A stretch of DNA of 41,904 nt from the NCBI GenBank assembly GCA_001724245.1, contig MEDX01000026.1, forward strand, positions 1 through 41,904. Direction: 5' to 3'. The notes beneath the pieces were generated by a model. That model ran no database searches, had not been told where the DNA came from, and saw nothing but the letters and a program-made list of their open reading frames with translations. This DNA is from Fonticula-like sp. SCN 57-25. Its lineage: Eukaryota. Below are positions 37,763 to 41,904 of the stretch, in pieces. Positions within the stretch are counted from its first letter, which is position 1; each line of letters begins with the position of its first letter. The position numbers and the translations under genes were made by a program.

Positions 37763-39201
37763 ATGAAGGCTGCCGTTTTGCTCTGCGCTTGCCTGGCCTT
37801 GGCCACGACTGTGAACGCTGTCACCAAGGGTCGTCTTGTGATTTCCAAGACTGATGACAGCCTCATCACCGTGATCGACCTCGACACCCTCTCTCAGGTT
37901 GGTTCCCTCACCGACGTTGGCTCGCGTGCTGCCGTTTACACGACCGACGATGGCGTTTTTGCCGTGGTTTCGCACTCTTCTCAGGGAGTCATTCGTTTTG
38001 TTGACTCGGGCCTTACCTACAACAGCGATGGCTCGATGGCGGTCAAGCACAGCCCTCATTTTACATCGTTCGAGTCGACTGGCACCAAGCCCGCGCACGT
38101 CAACTCCAACCTTGGCTGGACCGTTGTGCACTATGACGGCGATCGCGCTCAAGACATCGACTCAAAGGTCGTTGCCCTGCGTGAGAGCGAGCTCGATGTT
38201 GCCAGCCCTGATGAGATCAAGTTCCCGCCGATGGGACCGCAGCACGGAGGTACGCAGCTCGATGCGGCTGCTCGTATTCTGTCACTCACGCATTGCCTTT
38301 CATAGTCGCCTGGGGTGCGCCTGGCTGTCACTTTATTCTCTCGGAGCCCACCGAAGAGTATCTGTCTGGCGAGATTTCCTCGTCCCTGCCCAACACCTTC
38401 CGTGTCGTCCATGCCCAGAACCCCGACGTCGTCGTCCAGCGCTTCGTCGACGCGTGCAAGGGATACCACGGCTCGGCAACGATGGGTAACATGTTTGCGT
38501 TTGGCTGCCTGAGCTCCACGCCGACCACGACCAGCCCTTTCACCGACACGGGCGTCCTCCTCCTCACCTACGACCCGGCGAGCAAGACCTTTTCGAGCAA
38601 GAAGATCACGTACCCCGCAGGCACGGCCAACCGCGTTGGAACCATTGTCGCCAACCCTGCCTTTGCCTCCTTCATTGGCAACTGGGATGCCGGCCGCCTG
38701 ATTCGCATCGACCCTGCGGCTACCGCCATGACCACCAGCGACATCATTAACATTGGGTCTCCCTTCTGCCAGTGGATCCAGGACGTCAAGACTGGATCTC
38801 GCGTGTACGCCCTTCACGCAAACAATACTATCTCTGTCACAAGCCTTACTACCTTTGAGCGCATCGCGACGATTGAGTTTGCCGAGCATCTCGGTGGCTA
38901 CACCTGCTCCTCTGCCGGGCGTCCTTTCCTCGCCGTCGCCGAGGACTATCTTTACATCTCGCACAAGTTCTCCTCCACTGCGTACCAGGTGCAAGAGTAC
39001 AGCCTCGTCGACTTTAAGCTGACCAACACCTTCAACGTCAACTATGCTATCCACCAGTTCTCTGTTGCCGGCCTCTATCACCCCCACGATGCTGAAGACT
39101 CGGCCGATTGCCTGGACCCCCACAACAGTTCTGCTGGCCGCAACGTCGCTGGTGCACTCGCTTTGGCCGCGACCTCCGTGGCGCTCTTTGCGTGGCTTTA
39201 A
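37763..39201 (+). CDS. Secreted/GPI-type beta-propeller protein resembling the bacterial zinc metallochaperone AztD family
   Basis: Signal peptide. GRLVIS..VIDL, FVDSGL, KPAHV..HYDG, QHG|VA (intron 38250-38305), CKGYHG..FAFGC..GVL. Hydrophobic C-terminal tail. Confidence 0.65.
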
Positions 39202-40168
39202 GCCCGTTTTCAGCCATTGAGCTCATGATTTTACTCTCGCTGCGGAGATTCTCTCTTGATTTGTTTGTATGAACCGAAAAGAAATCAATAAATCCGCAAG
39301 GTAACATCAGTAATGTATTAATACTGTGGTCAATTCATCGTCCTTTCTGAGTACTTTACACAACGAAAAAGGTAAAAATAGTCACCAGTAGCCAAAACGT
39401 CTATTCGAAAATAATACACGAACATCGGGCGCGCGCCTTGCCGTGAAAGATCCGACCATGGAATGGGAGATCAACGCAGGATCCGATAGCACAGTGCAAG
39501 TTAATCAACGCGAAGGGCTAAAATAGTGACGAGCAGACAGCTGGCGGACGTCAACCTTCCCGATCGCAAAGAACCATGATCAGCCGCGGGGAGCGGCAGC
39601 AGATGTCATGCAAAGAGAGGCGGTGCCCATCCACAAAAGTCATCAGCATCTAGGTGAAATCCAATACATCAATATCAGACTAAAGCAGTTCTTCAAGACT
39701 TCAGCCGGAAATAATAAGATGCCGGAACGCCGCGCGCCGTCGGCAAGGTAGCGGCAGATTGCTGGGGGGGGCGCTCATCCACTGAATGCTGCCGCCCAAA
39801 AAGATGAACGGTGGTGCAAGCACAAAGCGATGTGGAATCAGGGATACTGAATCTCGGAAAACATGCACAACTCAAGCAACTCACCGAAGAAAGAATACAC
39901 TCGAGGGCAACGACATTGTTGCCGACGATTTGCTGCTGATGGCTGATGGCGAGCGAGCACCGCGATTCATAATAAAATCAGGGGTGGATTCGGGCTTCGG
40001 GAGTCACCATTTCAACCCGACATGTCACCAACACACATCTTGCCTCCCGCCCGGCGCCTGCCATCATCGCCGTGGCGACTCTCCGAGTGAGTTGGACGCT
40101 GGGCAACGTTGTCGCCTTTTTTTGCTGACTTTCCTATTGACAATACGTTGTCGGATGTTTGCGATGAA

Positions 40169-41439
40169 ATGCGGCTGCGAAGTCACTCCATCCTTCTTCC
40201 CGTCGCGGTCACGGCGACTGTGAGGATCTTCTGGAAAATTGGTAGCCACTCCGAAGCCGCTGATTTCCCGCCGACCGCAACATGGATAGACGTCCGAAGG
40301 TACATCAATGAAACTTGCTTTGGAGGTCATGACCGTCCCGGCACACTGCGTATCCACGTACGCGGCACGCCTTTACGCCTTTCTTCGGGTCAGGTTTGAC
40401 GGTTGGCTGACGTTTTCGCGCGCATCTTTTTTGGGGTTGGCCTGTTATAGCTCAATCACGACGATATGGAAGTGAACTACTCCGATACGGTGGACGCGGG
40501 CTTGGAACTTCAAGTGGTCATTGACCCGATGTCGACGCCAGCTCTGACCCGTACGCGTCGTATTTCTCGGCTGTTTCGCGATCCTGAAGACTGACAAATT
40601 GTTTCTAGAAAAAGAAATCATATCTGCGCTGGAAGGAATTGTGCTCTTATGGGATGAGTGGAAACGATTCATGTTATTCTACGGCGAAGAGCAAATATCT
40701 CTCGCTCAGATGACCGAGGACAGACTGCAAATGATCACAAGTCACTACAACCTTCACTTTGAAATTCAACATAATGGGACCTTTAAACGCGCGCGCGCAA
40801 TATCCCCGTTTACTTGGGGGGATCAAGATACGCACAGCCACAGACAGGAGTACGTTGCGTACCTCTCGCAGCACCTTGAAATTCCGGACCCCCCCCGTTC
40901 TGGTATGTTTTAACTATAAAGGAATTGCGTAGGCTTACCATTACAACACAGGTTCGATGACAGGCAGGCTCTACACTGATATATTGGTTTCAGACAGGGA
41001 TTCGAAGATCGAGGGCAACTACGCGGTAGGAATTACTGCTCAGGAAGTCGTCACGCCGGCAATATACTGCTCTTATGTCTTTCTTGCCGTCGAGGTCACT
41101 AAAACAGCCACTTTTAATTCTCACGCGGTGCGAGGACTAGCTACAGCAGTGATGGCAGCTCTCAACTCCCATCATCCATGTGTTACTGTTTACACAGACT
41201 TGAATGACCGTTGGTGGATACTGTGGTATGTAGGAGGACAAGGAAACAAGTTTGCACATTTACACAATCTATCTCGAACGCAAGCAATTCATTTAATTCG
41301 CTCCTGGGTAAACTACAACATTAACCATGTTCAAGGTCAGCCAGATGTCAGTCGTATTCGCAAGACACCTCCGCCGCCTTTCCATGATATCAAGCGCTTA
41401 ACGAGAAACACCACCGGAAACATCGGCATCATTCAATAA
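40169..41439 (+). CDS. Crinkler (CR)-like protein: N-terminal header + restriction-endonuclease-fold C-terminal domain
   Basis: Introns 40358-40450, 40551-40608 and 40903-40951 join the fragments in frame. Motifs PFTW..QEYVAYL and LAVEVTK..AA..S..P.VTVYTDLNDRWWILW. Start codon uncertain. Confidence 0.6.
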
Positions 41440-41736
41440 CATAAACCGATGTAATGTGGCTATTATTATAACCAATGAACCGCACGCCTTGGATCAAATG
41501 GAACTTGACAACATTGAAAAACATGGAAGAGTCGATGCAACCAGTATTTATAATGCATTTTAAAGAGATACACAAAGCCCGCACAACTTCCATACATATG
41601 ATCAAGAAAACTGAGAGCTGTCAGTCACCTACTACCCAAATGGACGTCTCTAAAAATTCACTCGCTAATCGATTTCACCGGTGATTTGAAACAGATGCCC
41701 CTCAAGTATGATTTCCATCTCATCCCAAATAGGCAA

Positions 41737-41809
41737 TTAGGGTTTTCCGATCAGAAACCCTATCATGTATTTCCACGTCGGAGTACTTAGGGTTAGGGGG
41801 GTAGGGTTT
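41737..41809. repeat. Degenerate telomere-like TTAGGG motifs
   Basis: TAGGGTTT (41738-41745) and AAACCCTA (41755-41762) form an inverted pair. TTAGGGTTAGGGGGGTAGGG lies at 41787-41806. Confidence 0.5.
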
Positions 41810-41904
41810 AAAATAGTATATTGAAGTGCTATGCACCGGACGGGGACCGCAGTAGCCCGCCCTTACAAAAGAAACGAATTAAATCATGCAAGATCTGAAG
41901 CAAT

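Noticed and set aside
39300-40100. Short ORFs (39693-39884, 39786-40223) upstream of the Crinkler-like gene
   Set aside because: No motifs or coding-like codon bias; cannot be supported, though an upstream exon is not excluded.
40109-41439. Fragmented pseudogene or transposon remnant
   Set aside because: Three canonical introns join the fragments in frame; no transposase/RT motifs or terminal repeats seen.

Overview
Gene-dense eukaryotic nuclear DNA with GC-rich exons and mostly ~50-nt GT-AG introns. It most likely comes from a unicellular opisthokont, since it has an animal-like gene set (Caskin-like, KIF16B, ICE2, BAF, EGF receptor-like) plus a fungal-style Dsn1 motif; I cannot name the species. 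About 21 protein genes can be assembled by hand: a CocE/NonD hydrolase (partial), an ANK-SH3 Caskin-like scaffold, a macro-SAM-U-box protein, a root-cap/VWD-like secreted protein, DSN1, RPT5, a CLK/LAMMER kinase, ICE2, KRR1, KIF16B, a RasGEF with talin-head-like domains, eIF2-gamma, MLH1, ALG14, CLPX, a BAF-like protein, a VRK-like kinase, three surface proteins (GPI Cys-rich, EGF-TM, AztD-like propeller) and a Crinkler-like gene near telomere-like repeats. The most striking observation is a head-to-head pair: a barrier-to-autointegration-factor (BAF)-like gene and a kinase resembling its known regulator (VRK), sharing a 220-bp spacer packed with CCAAT, E2F, Myb and CHR-like motifs. All family calls come from motif recognition by eye, and exon coordinates are manual.
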